Part shown: positions 25,941 through 35,494 of the stretch, one piece after another | Position numbering within the stretch: the first letter of the stretch is position 1 | How the letters are laid out: each line of letters begins with the position of its first letter | Assembly: GCA_964568775.1 (NCBI GenBank) | Contig: CAZMQW010000004.1 | Span: 164 to 64,163, forward strand | Origin: an uncultured Candidatus Saccharibacteria bacterium | Lineage (GTDB): Bacteria > Patescibacteriota > Minisyncoccia > Minisyncoccales > MHMH01 | Direction of reading: 5' to 3' | DNA: 64,000 nucleotides | Position numbers and translations under genes: made by a program | The notes under the pieces: model-generated | The model's input: only the letters and a program-made list of their open reading frames with translations | The model's database searches: none | What the model was told of the DNA's origin: nothing

Positions 25941-26378
25941 TCAAGCACCGAGGAAAATCGGGTCTTTTTTATTTTTTCCCTCTTTTTCTTCGGGTCTTTT
26001 GACGTGGTTTTCCATTACTGGACGGTTAGAAATATTCTTTGGCTGGCATTCCAGGCAGAAGAGCACGGGATAGCCTCCATTTTCCGCCATGGTTTTTAAC
26101 CTTTCCATGGGGATGACTGCGCCGCAATCGCTGCACAGTTCAAGAGTGCCTTGCTCTATTTTCGATAGAACCTTTTCGATCTTCCGGAGCTCTTTAGTAT
26201 TCTTGTCGTAAAGCACCGGGCTTGATTCTTCGATCATGAAGGAGCCGTTGCCGCCGAAACAATCTCCTTCGCGCCGGCCCTCGGCCAGCGGAGACGAATG
26301 GTTATTTAGCCATTTTTGCAGTTGTTCCGCCTTTTTGGTAACTGCTGTTTTGATTTCAAGTTCTGTCTGTTTATTCAA
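25941..26378 (-). CDS. TraR/DksA-family C4 zinc-finger protein
   Basis: A coiled-coil-like N-terminal part followed by CSDCGAVIPMERLKTMAENGGYPVLFCLECQ. Confidence 0.55.
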   Translation of the reverse strand: MNKQTELEIKTAVTKKAEQLQKWLNNHSSPLAEGRREGDCFGGNGSFMIEESSPVLYDKNTKELRKIEKVLSKIEQGTLELCSDCGAVIPMERLKTMAENGGYPVLFCLECQPKNISNRPVMENHVKRPEEKEGKNKKDPIFLGA

Positions 26379-26475
26379 CTTATTACTCCTGCATTCTTTT
26401 ATTGTGTTAGTCTTGCTCCACTCCGGAACTGAAACAAAACTACTATGGCGTCACCCCCTTTCTTTTTAAGATTTA

Positions 26476-27174
26476 TTAATTTTCAAGGTGCGATAATTTC
26501 AATAAATTGATGATATATTCCTTGGCTTTTAATTGTAACCTTATATTATTCTCAAATTCCAGAGCTGTCAATGGCCCGAAATATTCCAAAGGATACCTTT
26601 TTAGATAGTCCAGTTCGGACAAATCATTTAAATAATGGGGCTCTTCCGGAAAAGCCTTATCTTTTTTATTCAGCATTGGAAAGTTTTTGGCCGGGCTGAT
26701 ATGGCTACAGCCAACCGGGTATTTTTCTATCAGTTTGATGTTTTGTTGGTATCTGGCCGGCTGAAAAACCCGGGCGTTTTCCAAATGGGAGAAATCAAGA
26801 CAAATACCCCCGAACTCCTGAAGTTCTTTTTCGTCAAACGGATAAAGGCAGTTTTCAATGTAAATTGTTTTTTTATATTTGTCCAAATTATAAAGAAAAG
26901 GGAATTCCCTTTCGGTGTGGGTGTTGAAAACCTCGGTCTGGTAATGCTCAATCAAATAATCCATTTCCCACGGCTCCATATCGTTTCTAATATGGACGAA
27001 CGGGATTCTCTCAACCTTGGTTTGTTTGAGCAGCTGATAAAGTTGCTTCCTTTCTTCCTGCTTCAAACAAGTGGGAAAAAGAGCCACTTCCTTCAACCCC
27101 AGATCCTTTACTTCTTTAACCTTATCCCGCCAGGCTGATTTGGTTTTGGTGGTGATGGCCGGTAAAATTTTCAT
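26476..27174 (-). CDS. hypothetical protein (232 aa), last gene of the isoprenoid operon
   Basis: I chose the start at MKILPAI (27174), 1 nt after the uppS stop. No family recognised; a TIM-barrel-like alternation is only an impression. Confidence 0.55.
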   Translation of the reverse strand: MKILPAITTKTKSAWRDKVKEVKDLGLKEVALFPTCLKQEERKQLYQLLKQTKVERIPFVHIRNDMEPWEMDYLIEHYQTEVFNTHTEREFPFLYNLDKYKKTIYIENCLYPFDEKELQEFGGICLDFSHLENARVFQPARYQQNIKLIEKYPVGCSHISPAKNFPMLNKKDKAFPEEPHYLNDLSELDYLKRYPLEYFGPLTALEFENNIRLQLKAKEYIINLLKLSHLEN

Positions 27175-27175
27175 A

Positions 27176-27865
27176 TTATCTTCCTTTTGTTCTTTGACGA
27201 AGGCTGAACTCGGCCAAAGCTTTATCCAAATCAACTTCGGTAAAGTCCGGCCAGTACTTATTGCAGAAATAAAGTTCGGAATAAGCTGCCTGCCAGATTA
27301 AAAAATTGGAGATTCTTTGCTCTTTCCCGGTTCTGACCATCAAGTCAACGTCCGAGGTCCAGAGGTTTTCGGAAATGGTTTTTTCGGTAATCTTCTCCGG
27401 TGAAATCTTCTTTCGAATGATATTCCTGACGGCTGAGGTTATCTCGGCCCGGCCCCCGTAGCTTAAAGCTATATTCAAAACCATACCGCAGTTCTTTTTG
27501 GTCAAATCCTCGGCTTTTTTAAAAGAAGCTTGGATAACCTTGGGTAGTTTTTCTCTTTGGCCGATAATTTTAAGTCTAATCCCCTCTTTGGCAAACTGCC
27601 TGACGTCTTTGCTCAGAGCTTTTTTGAGCAAACTCATTAAAAAACTAACCTCAGTTTTGGATCTCTGCCAGTTCTCGGTTGAAAAAGTAAAAAGGGTCAG
27701 GATTTTGACGCCTTTTTTCTGGCAGTGCCTGATAATTCTTTCGGCCATTTCCATCCCTTTCTCGTGGCCTTTAGAAACCGACAAGCCTCGCTCTTTAGCC
27801 CAGCGCCGGTTGCCGTCCATAATAATGCCCAAATGTTGTGGAATTTTACTCATTTTGTCTTGCAA
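27176..27865 (-). CDS. uppS: isoprenyl transferase (undecaprenyl-diphosphate synthase family)
   Basis: HLGIIMDGNRRWAKERG, FSTENWQR, and RTGKEQRISNFLIWQAAYSELYF. Confidence 0.9.
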   Translation of the reverse strand: MQDKMSKIPQHLGIIMDGNRRWAKERGLSVSKGHEKGMEMAERIIRHCQKKGVKILTLFTFSTENWQRSKTEVSFLMSLLKKALSKDVRQFAKEGIRLKIIGQREKLPKVIQASFKKAEDLTKKNCGMVLNIALSYGGRAEITSAVRNIIRKKISPEKITEKTISENLWTSDVDLMVRTGKEQRISNFLIWQAAYSELYFCNKYWPDFTEVDLDKALAEFSLRQRTKGR

Positions 27866-28692
27866 TAATCGGCTAAGTTTAAAAGAAATTCCTTTTCCTT
27901 TTTAGGAAAAATCTTTTCTTGCTTTATGTTTTCCTGGCTCTTAACGATCAGACGTTGCTGCATTTTTCGGTATTTTTCTTTCTGGAAACCAAAAATATTC
28001 TCAATGTCGCCGTCTTTCAGGTCGTCCCTGATCTGAAAAGCTATACCCAGAGGCAGAGCGAACCGCTCTATTTTTTTCAGAAATTTTTCATCGGCTCCCC
28101 CCAATAAAGCCCCGACCTGCAAAGGAGTTACTACGGTGTAAAAAGCGGTTTTCCTGGTGTATATTTCCAGAACGTCTTGATCGGTGAATTTTTTCTTATT
28201 CCTTAAGTTTAACTCAAACATCTGGCCGTAGCCAGTGGAATACAGAGTCTGATTGAGTTTTTCCAGGGCCTTAAGCCTGTAACCAACCGGAAAAGGGCTG
28301 TCAGTCAAAATTTCGTAGCCCAGCGCATTGACCAAATCGCCAGCGCAAATCGCCAGATTTTCTCCGCAAAGGCGGTGCAGGGCTTTTTTGCCTCTTCTCA
28401 GTTCGTCTTTATCAATGATGTCGTCGTGAATTAAAAGATAGTTATGGATTAGCTCAATAAAAATAGAAGTTGTTAAAATGCCTTTTTTATTGCTTCCCCC
28501 GGCTAAAAAATAACCGTAATTAACCAAAATCGCCCGGATTCTTTTGGCCGGACGCAGAGAATATTCTTTCAGCCAGCCGAGCACCTCTTTTTCAAAAGGC
28601 GCTTTGGCTTGAGAAATCTTACCGTCAAAAAATTTCTCTATCTCTTGGCTAATTCCTTTTTGATAGTTTGATAAAGTTTGAGAAAATTGCAT
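27850..28692 (-). CDS. trans-polyprenyl diphosphate synthase
   Basis: First Asp-rich motif LIHDDIIDKDELRRGK and second motif FQIRDDLKD. Confidence 0.85.
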   Translation of the reverse strand: MQFSQTLSNYQKGISQEIEKFFDGKISQAKAPFEKEVLGWLKEYSLRPAKRIRAILVNYGYFLAGGSNKKGILTTSIFIELIHNYLLIHDDIIDKDELRRGKKALHRLCGENLAICAGDLVNALGYEILTDSPFPVGYRLKALEKLNQTLYSTGYGQMFELNLRNKKKFTDQDVLEIYTRKTAFYTVVTPLQVGALLGGADEKFLKKIERFALPLGIAFQIRDDLKDGDIENIFGFQKEKYRKMQQRLIVKSQENIKQEKIFPKKEKEFLLNLADYCKTK

Positions 28693-29638
28693 CGCTTTCC
28701 ATTTTAATGGTTTTTGGCAAAAGCCACGGCAGGTTGAAACCCAAAAAATAGACCGTCTTAGTGATTAACTGTAAAACAGTAATCTTGAACTGAAAACGTT
28801 TTTTTAACTGCCGATGGTATTTTAGGAAATCCGGAAAAGTGCTGAGCATAATATCGGCTGCTGTCAGCCCCCAGATCACTCCCCCGCCCGACCATGGCTT
28901 GGTTAACCCGGCCGCGTCGCCGCAAACAGTGACTGATTTATTAAAAGGCAAAGAAAATCCCTGGGGAATCAAAGCTGAAAGTTTATTGGACAATTGAATA
29001 TTCTTTTGCTTTAAAAAATCTTCAAAAATTAATACCGCTTCCTTGGGCCGGCCGATAATGCCGTATTCTGTTTTCTGGCCTCGGGGAATCTTCCAGATAA
29101 AGCCGTCCTTGACTGCCCAGGTTTCAACGCAGTCAGAACTGTCTGATTGATCAACAAAACCAAGAATGCCGACCCGGTATTTCAATTGTTTCAAACTTAA
29201 ACTTTTTCTGACAAAAGAATTGACACCGTCGCACCCGATTATCCTGTCAAACCCCTGGGGCAAAGCATCAACCGTTTTGCCCAAGACAATTTCTGCGCCC
29301 GCTCTCTTAGCCGAATCAGCTACCAATATATCAAGTTCGGCGTGGCTCATCACCAGAAAATCCTGGGAAAAGTTAATTCTGACTGTTTTGCCGGGAAAAT
29401 GAACCAAGGCCGATTTAATCCTGTTCTGGGCCAATGATCGGCTCCGGGGAATAAACTCTAAAATCTTTTCAGAAAAAAGACCTGCACAGGCCTCTTTACC
29501 GATTTTATTCTTTTTTTCAAAAATTATCACCCGATGACCTTTTTCAGACAGTTTCCAACCAAGATACAGTCCGACTATCCCGGCTCCGATAATAGCCACT
29601 TTCAATTTTGATTGGTTCTTTTCCATTGTTTTTAGCAA
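28649..29638 (-). CDS. FAD-dependent oxidoreductase, geranylgeranyl-reductase-like
   Basis: Rossmann motif VAIIGAGIVGLYLGWKLSEKGHRVIIFEKK and later VCGDAAG. Overlaps the prenyl synthase gene. Confidence 0.65.
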   Translation of the reverse strand: MLKTMEKNQSKLKVAIIGAGIVGLYLGWKLSEKGHRVIIFEKKNKIGKEACAGLFSEKILEFIPRSRSLAQNRIKSALVHFPGKTVRINFSQDFLVMSHAELDILVADSAKRAGAEIVLGKTVDALPQGFDRIIGCDGVNSFVRKSLSLKQLKYRVGILGFVDQSDSSDCVETWAVKDGFIWKIPRGQKTEYGIIGRPKEAVLIFEDFLKQKNIQLSNKLSALIPQGFSLPFNKSVTVCGDAAGLTKPWSGGGVIWGLTAADIMLSTFPDFLKYHRQLKKRFQFKITVLQLITKTVYFLGFNLPWLLPKTIKMESDAIFSNFIKLSKRN

Positions 29639-29747
29639 TAATGAAACCTACGGCGAAAGAAAGCAGAGAAATCAGGATGACGCCGACAACTAAAATGATA
29701 TCAGACTGGTTGTTTTTGACAAATTGTTTGAACTTTGCTAAATTCAT
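29544..29747 (-). CDS. possible small membrane protein (67 aa), overlaps the start of the reductase gene out of frame
   Basis: TM segment IILVVGVILISLLSFAVGFIIA. Doubtful because of the ~90-nt overlap. Confidence 0.3.
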   Translation of the reverse strand: MNLAKFKQFVKNNQSDIILVVGVILISLLSFAVGFIIAKNNGKEPIKIESGYYRSRDSRTVSWLETV

Positions 29748-29752
29748 ATTAT

Positions 29753-30028
29753 ATGGCTAAGACTAAAGCTACCGGTACCAGCCGCTTGGGTAGAGATTCC
29801 GCTCCCAAATATTTGGGAGTCAAACTGTTTGAGGGAGAAAAAGCCAAGCCAGGCATGATTATTATAAAACAGCGCGGTACCAAATTCCTACCCGGCAGAA
29901 ACGTAAGTAAAGGCCGGGACGACACCCTTTACGCTCTGAAAGAGGGTGTGGTTAAATTTTCCACCAAAAGAAAGAAATCTTTTAACAACAGCCAGAGAAT
30001 CGTAAAAATCGTCAATATAGAACCTTAA
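29753..30028 (+). CDS. rpmA: 50S ribosomal protein L27
   Basis: MAKTKATGTSRLGRDSAPKYLGVKLFEGE...IIIKQRGTKF.PG.NV. I chose the start at ATG 29753. Confidence 0.9.
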   Translation: MAKTKATGTSRLGRDSAPKYLGVKLFEGEKAKPGMIIIKQRGTKFLPGRNVSKGRDDTLYALKEGVVKFSTKRKKSFNNSQRIVKIVNIEP

Positions 30029-30046
30029 TAAAAAAAAGGAGGCAAT

Positions 30047-30283
30047 ATGACAGGGATAAAACTTGCTTTAGTGATTATCGGTACGCTTATTGGCGCGCTC
30101 TGTGTGTCTTACGGATTCCCGATTTATTTCCTGACGGACTGGGAGGTATCTCAACCTGCTACTTTCTTTTTCTGGTTGGGTATATTCGGTCTAGCTATAT
30201 TATTTAGCGTAGCAATAGTAACGACGGGACCCGCCTTAATCTCCAGATTGAATTTCAATAAAAAAACGCTGAAAAAACGATGA
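30047..30283 (+). CDS. small membrane protein (78 aa, 2 TM)
   Basis: SD aaaaaGGAGGcaatATG. Hydrophobic segments. Confidence 0.55.
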   Translation: MTGIKLALVIIGTLIGALCVSYGFPIYFLTDWEVSQPATFFFWLGIFGLAILFSVAIVTTGPALISRLNFNKKTLKKR

Positions 30284-30312
30284 TTGACCATAACAGCTAA
30301 AGTTCTATCAAA

Positions 30313-30342
30313 CCGGTTGAGGTATAAACCTCAACCTTTTTA
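30313..30342 (+). terminator. terminator between convergent genes
   Basis: GGTTGAGGT (30315-30323) pairs with ACCTCAACC (30328-30336), followed by TTTTT. Confidence 0.65.
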
Positions 30343-31959
30343 TTTTGTCGCTGCTTTTATAAAATCGCGGAACAAGGGATGGGGTCGCAGCGGTCTTGAT
30401 TTCAATTCGGGATGGAACTGCGTGCCCACAAAAAACGGATGCTTGGCGATTTCAATTATTTCCACCAAATCCTTTTCGGGGTTAAGGCCGGCCACAATCA
30501 GTCCTCTCTTCTCCAAAACGTCCCGGAAAGCGTTGTTCAATTCGTAGCGGTGGCGGTGCCTCTCAAAAACAGTGGAACGCTTGTAGGCTTTAAAACTTCT
30601 GGTTTTGGGCTTTATCCGGCATTTGTACTCCCCTAATCTCATGGTGCCCCCGTACTTTTTTTCCTTTAAAAGAGCGCTCTGGTCGGGCATTACGTCAATC
30701 ACGTTCTCTTTGCCTTTGGGAGAGAATTCGGCTGAGTTGGCCCGTTTCAGCCCGGCCACGTGCCGGGAGAACTCAACCACGGCCAATTGCATGCCCAGAC
30801 ACAATCCCAAGAATGGGATTTTATTTTTGCGGCAGAACTCAATCGCTTTGATTTTCCCTTCTATCCCACGGGAGCCGAAACCGCCCGGCACAATAATGCC
30901 GTCGTAATCTTTCAGCTCTTTGAGGGCGCGGGGATTCTTTTCGTAATCTTCGGCCGACAGCCAAAAAATCTCCGGTTTTCTTTTGTGGAACCAAGCAGCG
31001 TGCTTGACCGCCTCGATAATGGAAATATAAGAATCCATTAAAGTGAACTTGCCGCTTTCAAAATATTTGCCCACAATCCCGATTTTGACCGGCTTCTTAG
31101 CTGATTTAATAGTTTGAACTAGTCTTTTCCAGTCTTTGAGGTTACCTTTTCTCTTGGTCCGCAGGCCGAACTTTTTCAGTATCCTTTCTCCCATCTTGTC
31201 TTTTTCGAAATTAATAGGTATTTCGTAAATCGCTTTGATGTCGGGAGCGGAAATAACGTCTTCCTTGGCTACGTTGCAGAAAACAGAGATTTTCTTTTTA
31301 CGAGGCTGATCCAAAGGCACAGCTGCCCTAGCCACGATCATGTCGGGCTGGATACCGGCCATATTCAGCCACCGGACCGCCTGTTGGGTCGGTTTTGACT
31401 TCATCTCCCCTATCATCCGGGGCAAAGGCAGATAACTGACCAGAATGAAAATAACGTCGCTGGGCGAATTCAGCCTCATCATCCTGGAGGCCTCTAAAAA
31501 CAGACTGTTTTGGTACTCGCCGACCGTGCCGCCGATTTCAATCAAAACAAAATCAGCCTTGGTTTTTCTGGCTGCTTTTTTTATTCGGAAAATGACCTCT
31601 TCTGGAATGTGCGGTACTACCTCAACGCATTTACCTTTGTATTCCAGGTTCCTTTCCCGGTTGATGACCGCCTGATAGACTCGGCCAGTCGTAATATAAT
31701 TCAAAGTACTCAGGTCCTCGTCAATAAAGCGTTCGTAATTGCCCACGTCCTGGTCGCACTCGGTGCCGTCGGCAGTCACGAAAACTTCTCCGTGCTCAAT
31801 AGGATTCATGGTGCCCGCGTCAACGTTGACGTAGGGGTCAATTTTAACGGCCGTAACTCTGTAGCCTTTGCTTTTTAGAATACGGCCGATGCTGGCTGTA
31901 GTCACTCCTTTGCCGATGCCTGACATTACCCCGCCAGCCACGAAAATGTATTTTGCCAT
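30340..31959 (-). CDS. pyrG: CTP synthase
   Basis: MAKYIFVAGGVMSGIGKG and glutaminase domain motifs GLCLGMQ and HRHRYE. Confidence 0.95.
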   Translation of the reverse strand: MAKYIFVAGGVMSGIGKGVTTASIGRILKSKGYRVTAVKIDPYVNVDAGTMNPIEHGEVFVTADGTECDQDVGNYERFIDEDLSTLNYITTGRVYQAVINRERNLEYKGKCVEVVPHIPEEVIFRIKKAARKTKADFVLIEIGGTVGEYQNSLFLEASRMMRLNSPSDVIFILVSYLPLPRMIGEMKSKPTQQAVRWLNMAGIQPDMIVARAAVPLDQPRKKKISVFCNVAKEDVISAPDIKAIYEIPINFEKDKMGERILKKFGLRTKRKGNLKDWKRLVQTIKSAKKPVKIGIVGKYFESGKFTLMDSYISIIEAVKHAAWFHKRKPEIFWLSAEDYEKNPRALKELKDYDGIIVPGGFGSRGIEGKIKAIEFCRKNKIPFLGLCLGMQLAVVEFSRHVAGLKRANSAEFSPKGKENVIDVMPDQSALLKEKKYGGTMRLGEYKCRIKPKTRSFKAYKRSTVFERHRHRYELNNAFRDVLEKRGLIVAGLNPEKDLVEIIEIAKHPFFVGTQFHPELKSRPLRPHPLFRDFIKAATK

Positions 31960-31962
31960 TGA

Positions 31963-32415
31963 TTATTCTGTTTTCTCTTCGCTAACGATTACTTTTATTT
32001 CCACTTCCAAATTATGGCTGAAGCGAATCTTGATTGGGAATTCGCCCAATTCTTTGATCGGCGTTTCCAAAATAATCTGATCTTTTTTAACATCAAATCC
32101 CGTTTCCTTTAATTTTTCAAAAATCTTCGGAGCTGTAATCGCCTCGAACAGCTGCTTTTCGTCGCCGATCTTGACCGGTATCATTATTTCCTGGCCTTCC
32201 AACGAACCGGCTAAAGCCTGGACTTTTTTCAAGTCGTCTTCAGCTTTTTTCTCTAAATCGGCCTGCTGGGTTTCCAGCCATTTCAAAGCTTCGGGCGTGG
32301 CCGGCTTGACCAGGCCCTTGGGAATCAGAAAATTCCTGGCATGTCCGTCAGCCACGTGTTTTACTTCGTATTTCTTGCCTAATTTCTCAATGTCTTGGAG
32401 AAGGATAACTTTCAT
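31963..32415 (-). CDS. rplI: 50S ribosomal protein L9
   Basis: [35 protein letters not shown]. Confidence 0.9.
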   Translation of the reverse strand: MKVILLQDIEKLGKKYEVKHVADGHARNFLIPKGLVKPATPEALKWLETQQADLEKKAEDDLKKVQALAGSLEGQEIMIPVKIGDEKQLFEAITAPKIFEKLKETGFDVKKDQIILETPIKELGEFPIKIRFSHNLEVEIKVIVSEEKTE

Positions 32416-32426
32416 ACTAATTTATC

Positions 32427-33629
32427 TTATCTGATTTGTTTGATTAATTCAATAGCTTTGTCCAGCTGGGGGTCAAGATCTTCGGCGTAATCGTCCTCGG
32501 TCATTTCTATTTCAACGTCGGGAGCCAACCCTTCGCCGTCAATCAAGGTGCCGTTGGGCGTCAACCATCTGGCCACGGTCACTTTGACCGAACCTTTGGT
32601 TAAATCCTCCAGGGTTTGAACCGAACCTTTGCCAAAAGACTGCTCGCCTACCAGCAGAACGTCTCTGTTGTCTCTCAAAGCGCCAGCCAGAATCTCCGAG
32701 CCCGAAGCCGAACCCTGATTAATAAGAACAATTAAAGGATAGGTTGAAAGCTGGCCCGCGCCCTGAGCCAGATATTCTTTGTTTTCTTTTTTGCCACCGA
32801 AATCCTCAACCGTCACCACCTGGCCTTTTTCCAAAAACCAGCCCGCGATTGATTGAGCCACTTCCAAGTAGCCGCCCGGATTGTTTCTCAAATCCAAAAT
32901 AATTCTGTCGGCCTGGCTGTTGAGAATCTGAACGCCAGCTTGCTGGAAAGCTGTGCGGCCGGTTTCGGAAAAGTGATAAAGTTTGATATAGGCAATGTTA
33001 TCCTCTTTCATCTCCAGCTTCAGAGAAGGTATTTCAACCACGTCTCTGACAATGCTGATTTCTTTTGTTTCGGACCAGCCTTCCCGGAAAATCGTCAGCA
33101 CAACTTCTGTGTTTTTGGGTCCGCGAATAAGCTTGACTGCGTCGTCAGTCGTCATCCCGGCAGTAGAAGTTTCGTCCACCTTAAGAATCTTGTCGCCGGC
33201 CAAAAGACCTGCCCGGAAAGCCGGAGTGCCCTCTAAAGGAGCAACCACAGTCAATTCATTATTTCTGATGCCTATTTCCATGCCGACTCCCTGGAATTCG
33301 CCCGAAACATCCTCTTTGAAAATCTTGGAATCGGCCGGGGGCATGAAAACCGTGTAAGGATCTTTCAAGGAACTGACCATGCCAGAAATCGCCCCGTAAA
33401 TCATCTGCTGGTAGTCTATTTTGTCAGGGTCTACGAATTCTTTCTCCAGAACCTGCCAGGCTTCCCAGAAAAGGGAGAAATCAAATTCAGCCGGCTCGCC
33501 CGATTCGGTGTTGATTAAACAAGCGGGCGGGGCAACTGGTATCTGGGATTGGCGGAAATAAAAGCCGCCCGCAAACCCGGCTAAAACAATTATTAACAGG
33601 ACAAATAAAAATATACCTTTTTTCAGCAT
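32427..33629 (-). CDS. S41-family C-terminal processing peptidase
   Basis: A PDZ-like segment, then NQGSASGSEILAGAL and FGKGSVQ. Confidence 0.85.
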   Translation of the reverse strand: MLKKGIFLFVLLIIVLAGFAGGFYFRQSQIPVAPPACLINTESGEPAEFDFSLFWEAWQVLEKEFVDPDKIDYQQMIYGAISGMVSSLKDPYTVFMPPADSKIFKEDVSGEFQGVGMEIGIRNNELTVVAPLEGTPAFRAGLLAGDKILKVDETSTAGMTTDDAVKLIRGPKNTEVVLTIFREGWSETKEISIVRDVVEIPSLKLEMKEDNIAYIKLYHFSETGRTAFQQAGVQILNSQADRIILDLRNNPGGYLEVAQSIAGWFLEKGQVVTVEDFGGKKENKEYLAQGAGQLSTYPLIVLINQGSASGSEILAGALRDNRDVLLVGEQSFGKGSVQTLEDLTKGSVKVTVARWLTPNGTLIDGEGLAPDVEIEMTEDDYAEDLDPQLDKAIELIKQIR

Positions 33630-33669
33630 ATTGAATTATTGTAGCTTAAAACAATGCATCGAGCAAATA

Positions 33670-34578
33670 TTATTTATTCATTTTACCAGATTTTCTCTGA
33701 CGGGAAAATCTCAATATCAAAAAGACGATGCAAAGAAAGCCGAAAGCGCTAAACAGCTGGCCGACTAGCATATTGCCTTTCTCTATTTCCAGCTTGACCG
33801 CAGCTCCGACCGAAGCAAAAGCTAAACGGGCCAAATCCCATTCGTTCCGGTCCGGCTTTAAAAAACCGATGGTTACCTCTCTTTTATCGGAAATTAAATC
33901 GTGGTCAGTATCGGGATCCAAGGGATTGATATTGAGAGCCAATTCAACCTCGTCAGTCAAACCGTCGTTGTCGTCGTCCGTATCAAGGTTGTTGCCCAGA
34001 CCGTCTTCATCAGTATCGGCCCACTCAGCCGCATCTAAAGGAAAGATATCGTCGGAATCTTGAACTTCGTCCCCGTCAGTATCGGGATTCAAATAATCCG
34101 TGCCCAAAACAGATTCTTCCTCGTCAGTCAGCCCGTCGTTATCGTTGTCGTCGTCAACCCTGTCCCCTATCTCATCCTCATCAACATCCGAGTCAACGAA
34201 ATAGCTTTCTTGGCCGGCTTCATTGTTCTCAATGTTTTCGTCGGCCGGATAGGTTCCAACAATTTCTGCTCCGATGTTATGGGTGCCGGGAGCAAAAACC
34301 CAGTCAATGAAAACATCGTCGTACGTGCCCACTTTGACTGAAATCGGCTGGGGGTCGGCAATTTCCTGGCCGTTAAGGAAAAAAGTAACGAAGCCGCAGA
34401 TATCCTCGTCCCCGACGTTGAACACCCGGGCAAAAACCCTCACTTCTTCTCCCTCAACCGGGTTCTCTTTGGAAAAAGTAATATCGGAAACATTAAGAGA
34501 CAGATCGGCTCCAGCCAAAACAAAACCGCTAGTCAGCAAGCAAAAGAAAGTTGTAAGTAATATTAAAAACTTTTTCAT
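33670..34578 (-). CDS. secreted, C-terminally anchored protein with a CARDB-like domain and Asp-rich calcium-binding (thrombospondin type-3-like) repeats
   Basis: Signal peptide from MKKFLILL, repeated DTDGDEVQDSDD / DTDEDGLGNNLDTDDDNDGLTD, and a C-terminal TM segment. Confidence 0.6.
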   Translation of the reverse strand: MKKFLILLTTFFCLLTSGFVLAGADLSLNVSDITFSKENPVEGEEVRVFARVFNVGDEDICGFVTFFLNGQEIADPQPISVKVGTYDDVFIDWVFAPGTHNIGAEIVGTYPADENIENNEAGQESYFVDSDVDEDEIGDRVDDDNDNDGLTDEEESVLGTDYLNPDTDGDEVQDSDDIFPLDAAEWADTDEDGLGNNLDTDDDNDGLTDEVELALNINPLDPDTDHDLISDKREVTIGFLKPDRNEWDLARLAFASVGAAVKLEIEKGNMLVGQLFSAFGFLCIVFLILRFSRQRKSGKMNK

Positions 34579-34657
34579 GATTTGAAAAATAACCGGCAAA
34601 GGCAGCGGCCATCTTTTTTAATCTCCTGGCGGTGCCAAATACAGGGACAAATCTCTG

Positions 34658-34972
34658 TCATAGATTTTTATCCAGCCATTCTCTGATTAATTCCTCTGGC
34701 TGAACTCCCATAAGCCCGCTGACCACTTTGCCCTCCTTGAACAAGAGAACGATCGGTATCCGGTCAATCTCGTATTCGGTAGCGGTCAAGGGGGCTTGGT
34801 CAACGTTGAGTTTGGCGAAAATCGCCTTGTCTTGGTATTCTCCAGCCAGTTTTTCCAGAATCGGAGCAAGCATCAGACAAGGCAAGCAGGCGGACGACCA
34901 AAAATCCACCAACACGGGCTTGGCAGCGGTCTGGACTTCCTTTTTGAAATTTTCATCTGTCAAATCAAGCAT
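34658..34972 (-). CDS. trxA: thioredoxin with an atypical A-C-L-P-C active site
   Basis: VLVDFWSSACLPCLMLAPILEKLAGEY aligns with the canonical WCGPC region. Confidence 0.8.
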   Translation of the reverse strand: MLDLTDENFKKEVQTAAKPVLVDFWSSACLPCLMLAPILEKLAGEYQDKAIFAKLNVDQAPLTATEYEIDRIPIVLLFKEGKVVSGLMGVQPEELIREWLDKNL

Positions 34973-35373
34973 TACTCGGTGGTTTTGCCGTCAAATTCGT
35001 CGGTCGTATCGGCCTCGGCCTCTTCCTTAGTGGAGTGAATCACCTTGTCCCGGTGTTCGGGCGGAGAATAAACAGTATACAGCTTCATTGCCTTGTCGGA
35101 AGAAGTGTTAATGATGTTGTGTTTCACCCCGGCCGGGATAACCACGGCTGAGCCGTCCTCTAAAGGATATTCCACGTCATTCAAAACAGCTTTGCCTTCG
35201 CCTTCCTCCACCCGGATAAACTGATCCAGGGTATTATGGGTCTCCGAACCGATTTCCTCGTTGGGCTTGAGACTCATTACCACCAATTGGCTGTTTTTGG
35301 CCGTATAGAGAACCTGGCGGAAATTGCTGTTCTCTTCGGTCAATTTTTCAATGTTGGTTACGTAGCCTTTCAT
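34972..35373 (-). CDS. cupin-domain protein
   Basis: SETHNTLDQFIRVEEGEG...VVIPAGVKHNIIN, a two-motif cupin pattern. Confidence 0.7.
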   Translation of the reverse strand: MKGYVTNIEKLTEENSNFRQVLYTAKNSQLVVMSLKPNEEIGSETHNTLDQFIRVEEGEGKAVLNDVEYPLEDGSAVVIPAGVKHNIINTSSDKAMKLYTVYSPPEHRDKVIHSTKEEAEADTTDEFDGKTTE

Positions 35374-35412
35374 GTTTTTTTAAAAAATATATTAATTTAC
35401 TTTCGACCGTTG

Positions 35413-35436
35413 ACGATTAAGACTGAATCTTAATCG
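35413..35436 (-). promoter_or_regulatory. perfect 9-bp hairpin in the ~60-70-nt 5' UTR of the cupin-thioredoxin operon
   Basis: CGATTAAGA (35413-35421) pairs with TCTTAATCG (35428-35436). No U-run follows. Confidence 0.35.
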
Positions 35437-35442
35437 CATATT

Positions 35443-35473
35443 CCATCTTACCAAAAAATCGCCTGGTTGGCGA
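35443..35473 (-). promoter_or_regulatory. hairpin + T6 + extended -10 module, copy 3
   Basis: On minus: tCGCCaaccaGGCGaTTTTTTGGTAAGATgg, matching copy 1 at 27 of 30 nt. Confidence 0.45.
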
Positions 35474-35494
35474 CTTTTTGGGATTAAATCATAT

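Noticed and set aside
26635-27138. 167-aa plus-strand track ORF, and similar antisense ORFs at 36575..37171, 47227..47721, 50177..50635, 20354..20818 and 16723..17187
   Set aside because: Each lies wholly within a longer opposite-strand gene with recognisable motifs or clear membrane-protein character. None has SD, promoter or terminator support.
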